Source: an uncultured Planctomycetia bacterium (GTDB lineage: Bacteria > Omnitrophota > Gorgyraeia > 2-02-FULL-51-18). From it: a DNA stretch of 64,000 bases. Positions 20,726-29,732 of this stretch are shown in pieces. The notes below the pieces were generated by a model. That model saw nothing but the letters and a program-made list of their open reading frames with translations, was not told where the DNA came from and searched no databases. Every line of letters starts with the position of its first letter. Position 1 is the stretch's first letter. Location: assembly GCA_964642015.1 (NCBI GenBank), contig CAZXLF010000002.1, positions 223,678 to 287,677 of the forward strand, given 5' to 3'. Position numbers and translations under genes: made by a program.

Positions 20726-22877
20726 TTCACCGGATAAATTAAAAGACTTTTTGTTCGAGATTGGCACCGAGGAGCTTCCGGCAACGAATCTTGCGGATAT
20801 ATTCGAATCACCGGGTGAAAATGTTCTTGTTGCGAAATTCAAAAAAGCTTTTGAAGATCAAAGGATCAGCGCGGGATCGTACGCGGTCTGGGCGACATCG
20901 CGAAGACTGATCTTTTTTGCCACGGACGTGCAGCCTGCGCAAAAGCCGAAAGATGAAATGATCAAGCTGCTTTCAAAACAGGAAGCCTATGCCGCTGACG
21001 GAAGTCCCACAGAGAAGCTCTTAGTGATCTTAAAACATCGCGGCTTTACGTTGAAAGATACGATTGTTTCAGAGATCAATGGCAAGGAGTTTGTCCACGT
21101 TAAAAAATCCGAAGCGATTCGTAAAACCGTCTCGCTTCTACCGGAGATTTGTGAAGTGCTTGTTAAGTCTTTACCATTTCCGAAGAACATGAAATGGGAT
21201 GACTCAGGCATTTATTTTCCCAGACCGATCAGGAATTACCTTTGTTTTTACGGAGATAAAAATGTTTCATTCACGATCGGCCGCACACGCGCCAAAAATG
21301 AGACTGTGATATTTTCAAAAAGCAAAAGAACGCGCTATATCGTTAAAGATATCCCATCTTACTTTGCGCTGCTCAAAAAGCACGGTGTGGTGATCGATCC
21401 GGTTGAGAGAAAAAAACTGATCGTTGAAACGCTGGGCAAATTGACCGGAGCAAATCAGGGAAAATACGTTGATGACCCGTTCCTGCTCAGCGAAGTGAAT
21501 TTTCTTGTTGAGAATCCTCAAGGATTGGCCGCGCCGTTCGCCGAGGAATTTCTTAAATTACCTTTGGAAGTGCTTACAGTCAGCATGGCGAGAAAACAAC
21601 GGATATTCGGCCTTGTGGACAGGAACAACAAAGTGCTCCCTAGATTTTTGGCTATCTTGGATGGCAAAGGAACAGAGAAAGAAAAAAAGACTATTTCCAA
21701 TAACATGGAAAATATTCTTCATGCCAAACTTCAAGACAGCCTTTTTTTCTACAATGAAGATGTGAAAATATCTTTGGAGAAAAAACGCGCGGAATTGAAA
21801 AATCTGATATTTTTGAAAAATGCGGGTTCAATGCTTGAAAAATCTGATCGTTTAGTAAGTCTAGCCAAAGTGATCGGTAAACAAATAGCTTTATCCTCTA
21901 ATGATCAAAAAAATCTGGAGAGAGCTTGCTACTTGGGAAAATCCGATCTTTTGACCCAAATGGTAGGGGAGTTTCCGGAACTTCAAGGAATTATAGGAAA
22001 GTACTATGCGTTAGAAAATAAAGAGCCATCGGAAGTTGCTATTGCGATCGGTGAGCAATATTTACCTCGAACGGTTCAGGATCATTTGCCTAAGACATTA
22101 GTTGGAAGTCTTTTATCAATTCTGGATAAATGTGATTTAGTTGTAGCGTGTTTTAAATTGGGCCTTCAGCCTTCTAGTAGTTTGGATCCATATGGGTTGA
22201 GACGAAGTGCTACGGGTGTGCTGAAAATAATCATTGATAGAAAGTTGAATTTTTCATTGTTTTATTTATTGGCAGAGATGATCTCTGACTCGCGTCATTA
22301 TGGGCAAAATGTAAAAGATGTTGCGTACAACATTCAAGATAGTTTAGAAGCTTTTTTTAGTGAACGTTTCAAGTCATTATTGGTTGAAAAGGGCTTTCGG
22401 GAAGATTTGGTGAACGCTGTCATGGCATCCAAGCCTCTTTATCTTTATGAGGCATACGAGCGTGTTGGAGAATTGTCTGGGCTGACTAGAGAAAGTTCTT
22501 TTTCTGAGACTTGGAAGGTGGTCGAGAGAACTTCCAATATATTGAAATCCGTCAAAGAAACGCTTCCCGAGAAGCCGGAAGCCGCGCTTTTTCAAGAGGA
22601 TCTGGAAAGGCAGGTTTTCGAAAGTTATGAGAAATCTCACCGTGCGATCCGGGAAGCTGCTGAATCCAGGAATTTTAAGCTCGCAACAAGCTTGTATGCG
22701 GAAGCTTTTTTTGCTATCTTAAATAAATTCTTTGAGAAGGTTTTCGTCAATGCCGAAGACCTGACCATCAGAAAAAACCGTTTGGCGCTTCTCCGCGCCG
22801 TAAACCGGCTTTATACAGACAACATTGCGGATTTATCGAAGATCCGTTTGGCAGTACCGGGCGCGGAGATCAAATAA
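20709..22877 (+). CDS. glyS: Glycine--tRNA ligase beta subunit
   Basis: [28 protein letters not shown] and RKNRLALL; start set at ATG 20709. Confidence 0.93.
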   Translation: MKKRNNSPDKLKDFLFEIGTEELPATNLADIFESPGENVLVAKFKKAFEDQRISAGSYAVWATSRRLIFFATDVQPAQKPKDEMIKLLSKQEAYAADGSPTEKLLVILKHRGFTLKDTIVSEINGKEFVHVKKSEAIRKTVSLLPEICEVLVKSLPFPKNMKWDDSGIYFPRPIRNYLCFYGDKNVSFTIGRTRAKNETVIFSKSKRTRYIVKDIPSYFALLKKHGVVIDPVERKKLIVETLGKLTGANQGKYVDDPFLLSEVNFLVENPQGLAAPFAEEFLKLPLEVLTVSMARKQRIFGLVDRNNKVLPRFLAILDGKGTEKEKKTISNNMENILHAKLQDSLFFYNEDVKISLEKKRAELKNLIFLKNAGSMLEKSDRLVSLAKVIGKQIALSSNDQKNLERACYLGKSDLLTQMVGEFPELQGIIGKYYALENKEPSEVAIAIGEQYLPRTVQDHLPKTLVGSLLSILDKCDLVVACFKLGLQPSSSLDPYGLRRSATGVLKIIIDRKLNFSLFYLLAEMISDSRHYGQNVKDVAYNIQDSLEAFFSERFKSLLVEKGFREDLVNAVMASKPLYLYEAYERVGELSGLTRESSFSETWKVVERTSNILKSVKETLPEKPEAALFQEDLERQVFESYEKSHRAIREAAESRNFKLATSLYAEAFFAILNKFFEKVFVNAEDLTIRKNRLALLRAVNRLYTDNIADLSKIRLAVPGAEIK

Positions 22878-22921
22878 TTTTTTTACGGGCGAAAACAAGA
22901 TAAAAGGGAGATCGTGCATTC

Positions 22922-25621
22922 ATGGCATTAGTCACAGAGAGTAAAACAAAACAACAAGGGGTCGCAAGCTCGATGAAAAAATACGTCTATTTTTTTGGGA
23001 ACGGGAAGGCGGAAGGAACTAAAGATCAACGGAGCCTTTTGGGCGGCAAAGGTGCGAACCTTGCTGAAATGACCAATCTGGGCATTCCGGTCCCGCCGGG
23101 TTTTACGATATCGACGGTTGCTTGCAAAGAATTTTATGCGCTTGGAGAAAAATGGCCCGATGGTCTGGAAGGGGAGATTCAGGAGAATTTAAAGAACCTC
23201 GAAAAAGCGACGGGGAAAAATTTCGGCTCCAAAGAAAATCCGCTTTTGGTGTCAGTGAGAAGCGGTGCGGCAGTATCTTTGCCGGGAATGATGGACACGA
23301 TATTGAATCTCGGGCTGAACGATGAAACTGTTCAAGGTTTGATCAGAAAATCGGGCAATGAGCGTTTTGCTTATGATGCTTATCGCCGTTTTATCCAAAT
23401 GTTCGGTAATGTTGTGTTGGAAATGGAGCATCATGGTTTTGAGCATATTCTGGCGGCCAAGAAAAAGAAATTAAAAGTGACCGAAGATACCCAGCTTGAT
23501 GCTAAAGCCTTAAAGGATCTGGTCGGAGAATATAAGGAGTATGTGAAAAAGAGCACGAAAAAAGCATTTCCCGAAAATCCGATGAATCAGCTCAGGCTGG
23601 CTTGTAACGCGGTGTTTGCTTCATGGAACAATCAGCGCGCCATTACTTATAGGAATCTGAGCAAGATCCCGCATGATCTTGGCACCGGTGTAAATGTGCA
23701 GACAATGGTGTTCGGTAATATGGGTGACACCAGCGGCACGGGAGTTGCGTTCACGCGTGACCCGGGTACCGGCGAACATAAATTCTTCGGCGAGTTTTTG
23801 ATCAACGCACAGGGTGAAGACGTCGTAGCGGGGATCCGCACACCCAAGCCGATCAGTCAACTGAAACAGATCATGCCGTCAGCTTATGCGCAGCTTGAGG
23901 AAATATATAAGAAGCTCGAGCACCATTTCCGAGACATGCAGGACATTGAGTTTACGATAGAAGACAAACGCTTATTCCTTTTGCAAACGAGGAATGGAAA
24001 GCGATCGGCAGCAGCAGCTGTGAAGATCGCTTGCGATATGGTCAAAGAAGGGTTGATCACCAAGGAGCAGGCGATCCTTAGAGTGGCTCCCGAACAGCTT
24101 GATCAATTACTTCATCCTACGATTGATACAAAGATCAAATATAAAACGCTTGCGAAAGGTTTGCCTGCATCGCCCGGAGCTGCAGTCGGTCAGGTTGTGT
24201 TTAATGCTGAAGACGCGGTTGATTGGGTCGAAGCCAAAGGCCGGCATGTGGTGCTTGTCCGCATGGAAACTTCTCCTGAAGACGTCGGTGGCATGGCAAT
24301 TTCAGAAGGAATTCTCACAGCGACCGGTGGCATGACAAGCCATGCGGCGGTCGTGGCGCGCGGGATGGGTAAGTGCTGCATCGCGGGTTGCGGTGATATT
24401 CAGATCGATGGGAGTGGAAAATATTTTACAGTTAAATCTGCCGGCAACTTGGTAAAAGTCCGTGAAGGCGATGTGATCACACTGAACGGCTCTACCGGCG
24501 AAGTGATCTTGGGCGGAGTGAAGCTTGTGCAGCCTGAGCTTGGCGGAGATTTTAGAGAATTCATGAAATGGGCTGATGAAGTCAGACGGTTGAAAGTCCG
24601 CACGAATGCGGATACCCCCGAAGACGCGAAGATCGCGCGTGATTTCGGAGCCGAAGGTATCGGACTCTGCCGGACTGAGCATATGTTCTTCGGTGAAAAC
24701 CGTCTGAAAGCTGTGCGTGAAATGATCCTGGCGGAGAACGAGAAAGATAGGATCAAAGCACTTAAAAAACTTCAGCCGCTCCAGCGTGGAGATTTCAAGG
24801 GGATCTTTAAGGCGATGACAGGCTTTCCTGTGACGATCCGTTTATTGGATCCGCCGCTGCACGAGTTTTTACCGAAAGGCGAAGCCGAGCTGAAAAAAGT
24901 CGCCAAGGACATGAAGATCTCCGTTAAGGAGCTTCAGCAAAAAGTCCAATCGCTTCACGAAGTGAATCCGATGCTGGGTCACCGCGGATGCCGTTTGGCC
25001 GTGACTTACCCTGAGATCTACCGGATGCAGGCGGAAGCGATATTCGAAGCGGCTTGCGAGCTTGCGAAAGAAAATATACGAGTTGTTCCTGAGGTCATGA
25101 TCCCGCTGGTCGGTATTCTCGGAGAACTTACGTTTACCAAACAAGATGTCATCAAAGTCGCTGAAGATGTGATGAAGCGCTATAAAATGAAGATCAACTA
25201 TCTTGTAGGAACCATGATAGAGATCCCGCGTGCGGCTGTGATCGCTGACGATCTTGCCAGAGAAGCGGAGTTCTTCAGCTTCGGAACGAACGACCTCACG
25301 CAGATGTCTTTTGGTTTCTCAAGAGATGATATAGGCAAATTCCTGCCTTATTATATAGAGAGAGGTATTCTTAAGGTCGACCCGTTCGTTTCTTTGGATC
25401 AATTCGGTGTCGGTCGTTTGATCGAACAGGCAGTTTCCAAAGGCCGCGGTGTGAAGCAGAATCTGAAAGTCGGGATCTGCGGAGAGCATGGAGGAGACCC
25501 GGCATCGATTGAGTTCTGCCACAGGACCTCTTTGGATTATGTCAGCTGCTCGCCATTCCGTGTTCCTATCGCGCGTTTGTCAGCGGCCCAAGCGGTGTTA
25601 AAGGAGAAGCAAAAGTCCTGA
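22922..25621 (+). CDS. ppdK: Pyruvate, phosphate dikinase
   Basis: LLGGKGANL, GGMTSHAAVVARG, GLCRTEHMF and GICGEHGG; alternative start 22973. Confidence 0.98.
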   Translation: MALVTESKTKQQGVASSMKKYVYFFGNGKAEGTKDQRSLLGGKGANLAEMTNLGIPVPPGFTISTVACKEFYALGEKWPDGLEGEIQENLKNLEKATGKNFGSKENPLLVSVRSGAAVSLPGMMDTILNLGLNDETVQGLIRKSGNERFAYDAYRRFIQMFGNVVLEMEHHGFEHILAAKKKKLKVTEDTQLDAKALKDLVGEYKEYVKKSTKKAFPENPMNQLRLACNAVFASWNNQRAITYRNLSKIPHDLGTGVNVQTMVFGNMGDTSGTGVAFTRDPGTGEHKFFGEFLINAQGEDVVAGIRTPKPISQLKQIMPSAYAQLEEIYKKLEHHFRDMQDIEFTIEDKRLFLLQTRNGKRSAAAAVKIACDMVKEGLITKEQAILRVAPEQLDQLLHPTIDTKIKYKTLAKGLPASPGAAVGQVVFNAEDAVDWVEAKGRHVVLVRMETSPEDVGGMAISEGILTATGGMTSHAAVVARGMGKCCIAGCGDIQIDGSGKYFTVKSAGNLVKVREGDVITLNGSTGEVILGGVKLVQPELGGDFREFMKWADEVRRLKVRTNADTPEDAKIARDFGAEGIGLCRTEHMFFGENRLKAVREMILAENEKDRIKALKKLQPLQRGDFKGIFKAMTGFPVTIRLLDPPLHEFLPKGEAELKKVAKDMKISVKELQQKVQSLHEVNPMLGHRGCRLAVTYPEIYRMQAEAIFEAACELAKENIRVVPEVMIPLVGILGELTFTKQDVIKVAEDVMKRYKMKINYLVGTMIEIPRAAVIADDLAREAEFFSFGTNDLTQMSFGFSRDDIGKFLPYYIERGILKVDPFVSLDQFGVGRLIEQAVSKGRGVKQNLKVGICGEHGGDPASIEFCHRTSLDYVSCSPFRVPIARLSAAQAVLKEKQKS

Positions 25622-25652
25622 AGAAAATACGCCAAAACATAAGGTCTATTTT

Positions 25653-26474
25653 ATGGATGCTTTAAAATTATATATTAAAGATATTAAAGACATCCCTCTT
25701 CTCACGCCGGAGGAAGAGCTGAAAATAGCCCGCCGTATCAAACGCGGCGACGGACAAGCTCGCCGCATCATGATCCGCTCAAATCTTAGACTTGTGATCA
25801 ATATCGCCAAACAGTATTCAAAATTTGGTGTTCCATTTCTTGATTTGATCGAAGAAGGGAATCTTGGGCTCATGAAAGCCGTAAGCAAGTTCGATCCGAA
25901 ATTAGGCTATCGGTTTTCAACCTACGCTGCGTGGTGGATCAAGCAGCATGTCACGCGCGCGTTGGCGGACCAGGGAAAGACAGTGAGGATCCCTGTTTAC
26001 ATGGTCGAAACGCTTTCACGTTTTCGAAAAGTGAATGAGCGCTTGACGCATCGTTTACGCCGCAAACCCAAGGTTTCGGAGCTTGCACGCGCGATGAAAT
26101 TATCAGTTTCCAAGATCAGGGATTTGCAGCAGATGGATCAGGGTACGACATCTCTGGACCAGCCGATCGGAGAAGAAGGTGAAGCATCGATGCTGGACCT
26201 CATAGAAGACGTGGCTACCAGCTCATCTCAGGATCGGGTAGATGAAATGTTCCGCGGTGAGCGGATAGCAGGTCTCTTAGATAAGATTAATCCGCGTGAA
26301 AGAGCGATATTGGAACTTCGTTTCGGCTTAAAGGACGGGGAGATTCATACCTTAAATGAAGCCGCTCAGATTTTTAAGATTACGCGAGAACGTGTCCGTC
26401 AGATAGAGGCTTCCGCGCTGAAAAAACTTCGCGTTTTGGCTGAGGCTCAGCCTAAGGGCATTTCGCCCCGGTAG
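25653..26474 (+). CDS. RpoD/RpoS-like alternative sigma70 factor lacking region 1.1
   Basis: NLRLVINIAK, DLIEEGNLGL, FSTYAAWWIKQ, RIPVYMVE and TRERVRQIE; 273 aa. Confidence 0.9.
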   Translation: MDALKLYIKDIKDIPLLTPEEELKIARRIKRGDGQARRIMIRSNLRLVINIAKQYSKFGVPFLDLIEEGNLGLMKAVSKFDPKLGYRFSTYAAWWIKQHVTRALADQGKTVRIPVYMVETLSRFRKVNERLTHRLRRKPKVSELARAMKLSVSKIRDLQQMDQGTTSLDQPIGEEGEASMLDLIEDVATSSSQDRVDEMFRGERIAGLLDKINPRERAILELRFGLKDGEIHTLNEAAQIFKITRERVRQIEASALKKLRVLAEAQPKGISPR

Positions 26475-26541
26475 CTCAGATGGATAGAGCACAGGTTTCC
26501 TAAACCTGGTGTCGGCAGTTCGACTCTGCCCCGGGGCACCA
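26465..26541 (+). tRNA. tRNA-Arg(CCT)
   Basis: Acceptor GCCCCGG/CCGGGGC, anticodon arm CAGGT-TTCCTAA-ACCTG, T arm GGCAG-TTCGACT-CTGCC, encoded CCA. Confidence 0.95.
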
Positions 26542-26585
26542 TCCTTCTTCCGATTCTGATTAACGAACCATAGCTTCATTACAAT

Positions 26586-26639
26586 ATTGTTAACAATTAA
26601 TAAAAGTTACTTGACAGATCGAAGGGTATTTGTTACCTT
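26586..26639 (+). promoter_or_regulatory. Promoter of the outer-membrane protein gene with an upstream palindrome
   Basis: TTGACA(26611)-17 bp-TACCTT with TGn extension; perfect palindrome ATTGTTAACAAT at 26586..26597. Confidence 0.6.
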
Positions 26640-26800
26640 AGTCCTCAGTTGTATTTCACTTACAACCAATGTAGCCTACACACGCCAAAGAAAGGGGGGA
26701 GGAAACCTAATCGGCTCAAGGCTGCAAGCTAGCCCGATAAGCTAGCTACCCTAAAAGCAGTGCCCTAACTAAGAAAATAAAAGCAATTTGGAGGATTTAA

Positions 26801-28258
26801 ATGAAATCATTAAAAGCGTTATTTGTGTTGGCGCTTGCGGTGGCTTTTGCAGTTCCCGCATATGCCGAAACACAGAACGTCAAGGTGAGCGGCGCTATCG
26901 ACGCTTACTGGTTCAATCGTCATAACTACGACTTAAAGTCGAGCAATGACATCGCTATCACCCCGGTTGGCACAGCTACGGCCAGCTATACGGGCGGCGG
27001 TGCCTTTGCTGCAGCTACGACTCCAACGTTCCGTGAGAACACGGCGGACTTTTACAGAACAAATACGCAGGTCGAAATTTCTGCGGATTTGACTGATAAC
27101 GTCTCTACCGTGATCAATATCGTGAACCAAAGAGACTGGAACGCACATCAATTTGTCGATCCAGCTAGCGGAACGTACGCGACTACACCCAACAACCAAG
27201 CCAACGAATTCGACATCGATCTGGACCTGGCCTATGTGCAGATGAAGGAGATCTTTTATTCTCCGCTCACGCTGACCATTGGTCGTCAGGATCTTTGGTT
27301 TGGTCGTGGATTTATCATCGGGAACAATAATACCGTGTGGGATACTCAATCGACCACAGTGGCAGATGAATATTCTGTCTCTACGGCGTTTGATGCTGTC
27401 CGCGCCACTCTCGATTTCAATCCTTGGACCATAGACCTCGTCTATTCCAAGATATTCGAGAATTCGGTGAACTCTGAAGATGATAAGGATCTCTACATCG
27501 CGAATGTGAACTACAAGTTCGCGGAGTACAATGCCGTGGCTGAAGGCTACTACGTTGGAGAGCTTGATAGATCGGCTCTTAGCGGTGGCAGCACAACAGT
27601 TGGCAGCAATGACACGCACACCATTGGTGGCCGTGTTCAGTTCGATCCTATCTCACAGATCACGATCGGTGGTGAGTTGGCTTATCAGTTCGGTAACTAT
27701 CGTGCAGCAGCGACTAACCCTCGCCGTGATCGTTCCGCATGGGCGACCGATGTGTTCGGTACCTATCGTTGGGACTACACATGGAAGCCTGAATTGACGA
27801 TTGAATATGTGTTGTTCTCGGGTGAAGAGGATCTCTCAGCCAGCACGTCTAGTTATGGGGCATGGAATGGTCTCTATCGTGGTAAGTTCTGGACAGCTTA
27901 TGCGGATTTCCGTGAATTTGTTTACGGTACCGCTGATCCTGTAGACCAGCCAGCCACGACTAACGAGCAATTTATTCAGGTCAAGGGCTCTTTAAAGCCT
28001 ATGGAAGATCTGTTGCTCGAGGCCTCGTTCACATATCTATGGAACGATGCTAAAGTCCATACCACTCCTGGTGTGCAATCTTCCGCCACTAAGGATTCGC
28101 AAATTGGCTATGAAATCGACCTGCAATCTACCTATGACTATACCGAAGATGTAACATTCGGTTTGCTCGTGGGTTGGTTTGTTCCGGGCAATTTCTATGA
28201 CAATGGCAACGATAAGACGGCCAGCGATATCGTTGGTTCTGTGAAGGTTGCGTTCTAA
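26801..28258 (+). CDS. Outer-membrane beta-barrel protein (alginate-export/porin-like)
   Basis: Sec signal peptide (AYA-E), amphipathic beta strands, TIGRQDL, GYEIDL and C-terminal Phe; SD GGAGG. Confidence 0.8.
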   Translation: MKSLKALFVLALAVAFAVPAYAETQNVKVSGAIDAYWFNRHNYDLKSSNDIAITPVGTATASYTGGGAFAAATTPTFRENTADFYRTNTQVEISADLTDNVSTVINIVNQRDWNAHQFVDPASGTYATTPNNQANEFDIDLDLAYVQMKEIFYSPLTLTIGRQDLWFGRGFIIGNNNTVWDTQSTTVADEYSVSTAFDAVRATLDFNPWTIDLVYSKIFENSVNSEDDKDLYIANVNYKFAEYNAVAEGYYVGELDRSALSGGSTTVGSNDTHTIGGRVQFDPISQITIGGELAYQFGNYRAAATNPRRDRSAWATDVFGTYRWDYTWKPELTIEYVLFSGEEDLSASTSSYGAWNGLYRGKFWTAYADFREFVYGTADPVDQPATTNEQFIQVKGSLKPMEDLLLEASFTYLWNDAKVHTTPGVQSSATKDSQIGYEIDLQSTYDYTEDVTFGLLVGWFVPGNFYDNGNDKTASDIVGSVKVAF

Positions 28259-28291
28259 GAAGACGCTTTAAAAGTAATTCGCAGTAAAAGA

Positions 28292-28317
28292 CCCCCTTGG
28301 GCCAAAACCCAAGGGGG
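28292..28317. terminator. Bidirectional intrinsic terminator between the convergent porin and ino1 genes
   Basis: CCCCCTTGGG-CCAAAA-CCCAAGGGGG 10-bp stem with A-rich left and T-rich right flanks. Confidence 0.8.
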
Positions 28318-28359
28318 CTCTTATTTGCTCTAAAACTAAAATGGAATTATTTTAAAGAA

Positions 28360-29466
28360 TTAGTCTTTGCGCTTACCGGAAATGAAATCCTGAATGAGCT
28401 CTTTAGCTTGCGCATCCGAATACTGTTTGGGAGGATGCTTCATAAGATATGCCGAAACTGAATAGAGCGGTCCTTTGATTTTTCTTTCACGCGCGATCTT
28501 GAGACAGCGGATCGCATCGACGGCCACGCCAGCACTATTAGGGGAGTCTTCGACAGAAAGACGCACTTCCATGCTGAGTGGAACATTAGCGAATCCTCGA
28601 CCTTCGATTCGGATGAACGCTACTTTGTTGTCATTCTGCCAAGGCACGTAGTCACTGGGCCCGATATGGATATTTTCGGAATCAAGTCTTTCAGTCAGTT
28701 GGGATTGAACGGATTCAGTTTTAGAAATTTTTTTGAATTTGAGACGTGAACGGTTCAGCATGTTCAGGAAATCAGTGTTGCCGCCTGTGTTCAACTGATA
28801 AGTACGGTCGATCTTCGCGCCTCGATCTTCAAACAGCTTGGCCAATGTTCGATGGACGATCGTTGCTCCTACTTGTGATTTGATATCGTCACCGACTAGT
28901 GGGATCCCGCGATCTGCAAAACGCTTGGCCCATTGGGGATTCGACGCGATAAAAACGGGGATACAATTGACCAAACTGACGCCAGCTTCCAAGCATTTTT
29001 CTGCGTAAAACTCCGCCGCTTTTGCCGAGCCTACTGGTAAGTAACTGATGCAAATTTCAGCACCTGATTTTTTAAGGACCTTTGCTACGTCAACGGGTTT
29101 TGCATGACTGGAGATGAAAGTACGTTCTTTGGGGTAGTCTTTCATATGCTCAGCGATGCCGTCATGGATTTCGCCCATTTGAACGATTGCGTTGGGCGCC
29201 GGAAGGTGATTGGTGATCAGCTGTGTACAGTTAGGAGCTTGAAAAATAGCCTTTTTAATAGGTAAGCCCACTTTACGCTCATCAATATCGAATGCACAAA
29301 CCACCTCTATGTCCTGAGGTCGATAGCCGCCGATCTCATAATTCATGAGTCCTAAAGCGTCGCGGTGACCGTTTTGAGAATTAGTGCGGCGGTAAAATTC
29401 AATCCCTTGGATTAGTGAGCTTGCACAATTCCCAACACCGACTATAGCCAATCTTATTTTTTTCAT
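28360..29466 (-). CDS. ino1: Myo-inositol-1-phosphate synthase
   Basis: IVGVGNCASSL, YLPVGS, GDDIKSQVGAT, YQLNTGGNTDFLNM and VEDSPNSAG. Confidence 0.95.
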   Translation of the reverse strand: MKKIRLAIVGVGNCASSLIQGIEFYRRTNSQNGHRDALGLMNYEIGGYRPQDIEVVCAFDIDERKVGLPIKKAIFQAPNCTQLITNHLPAPNAIVQMGEIHDGIAEHMKDYPKERTFISSHAKPVDVAKVLKKSGAEICISYLPVGSAKAAEFYAEKCLEAGVSLVNCIPVFIASNPQWAKRFADRGIPLVGDDIKSQVGATIVHRTLAKLFEDRGAKIDRTYQLNTGGNTDFLNMLNRSRLKFKKISKTESVQSQLTERLDSENIHIGPSDYVPWQNDNKVAFIRIEGRGFANVPLSMEVRLSVEDSPNSAGVAVDAIRCLKIARERKIKGPLYSVSAYLMKHPPKQYSDAQAKELIQDFISGKRKD

Positions 29467-29561
29467 GATCTAGATATAATTAGGGATTAAATAATACAGG
29501 CCGACAAATGATAGCTCAACAGGTTCAACGGGTTATAGAACAGGTTTATTAACATTCGGTA

Positions 29562-29590
29562 AGTATATAAATTGGAGTCTGGATTGTCAA
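29562..29590 (-). promoter_or_regulatory. Sigma70 promoter for ino1
   Basis: On the - strand, TTGACA-17 bp-TATACT. Confidence 0.7.
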
Positions 29591-29618
29591 GCAAAGAAGA
29601 TGTTTTTTCATTCGTTCT

Positions 29619-29646
29619 TTGCAAAGGGAATCTATTCTGATATAAT
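29619..29646 (+). promoter_or_regulatory. Sigma70 promoter for the ftsH operon, divergent from ino1
   Basis: TTGCAA-16 bp-TATAAT with TGn extension. Confidence 0.65.
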
Positions 29647-29732
29647 GCGACTTCCACTATATTGGATATAGCAAGTAAAAGACCGGTAAAGAGATTATTT
29701 GATGGATCCGAAGAATAAAAGGGGTTTCTTAA

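Noticed and set aside
26933-27619. 228-aa antisense ORF inside the porin gene, and the many other antisense or alternate-frame ORFs in the track (e.g. 10835..11386, 9124..9606, 48674..49174)
   Set aside because: Shadow ORFs of well-supported genes, with no recognisable motifs or translation signals.
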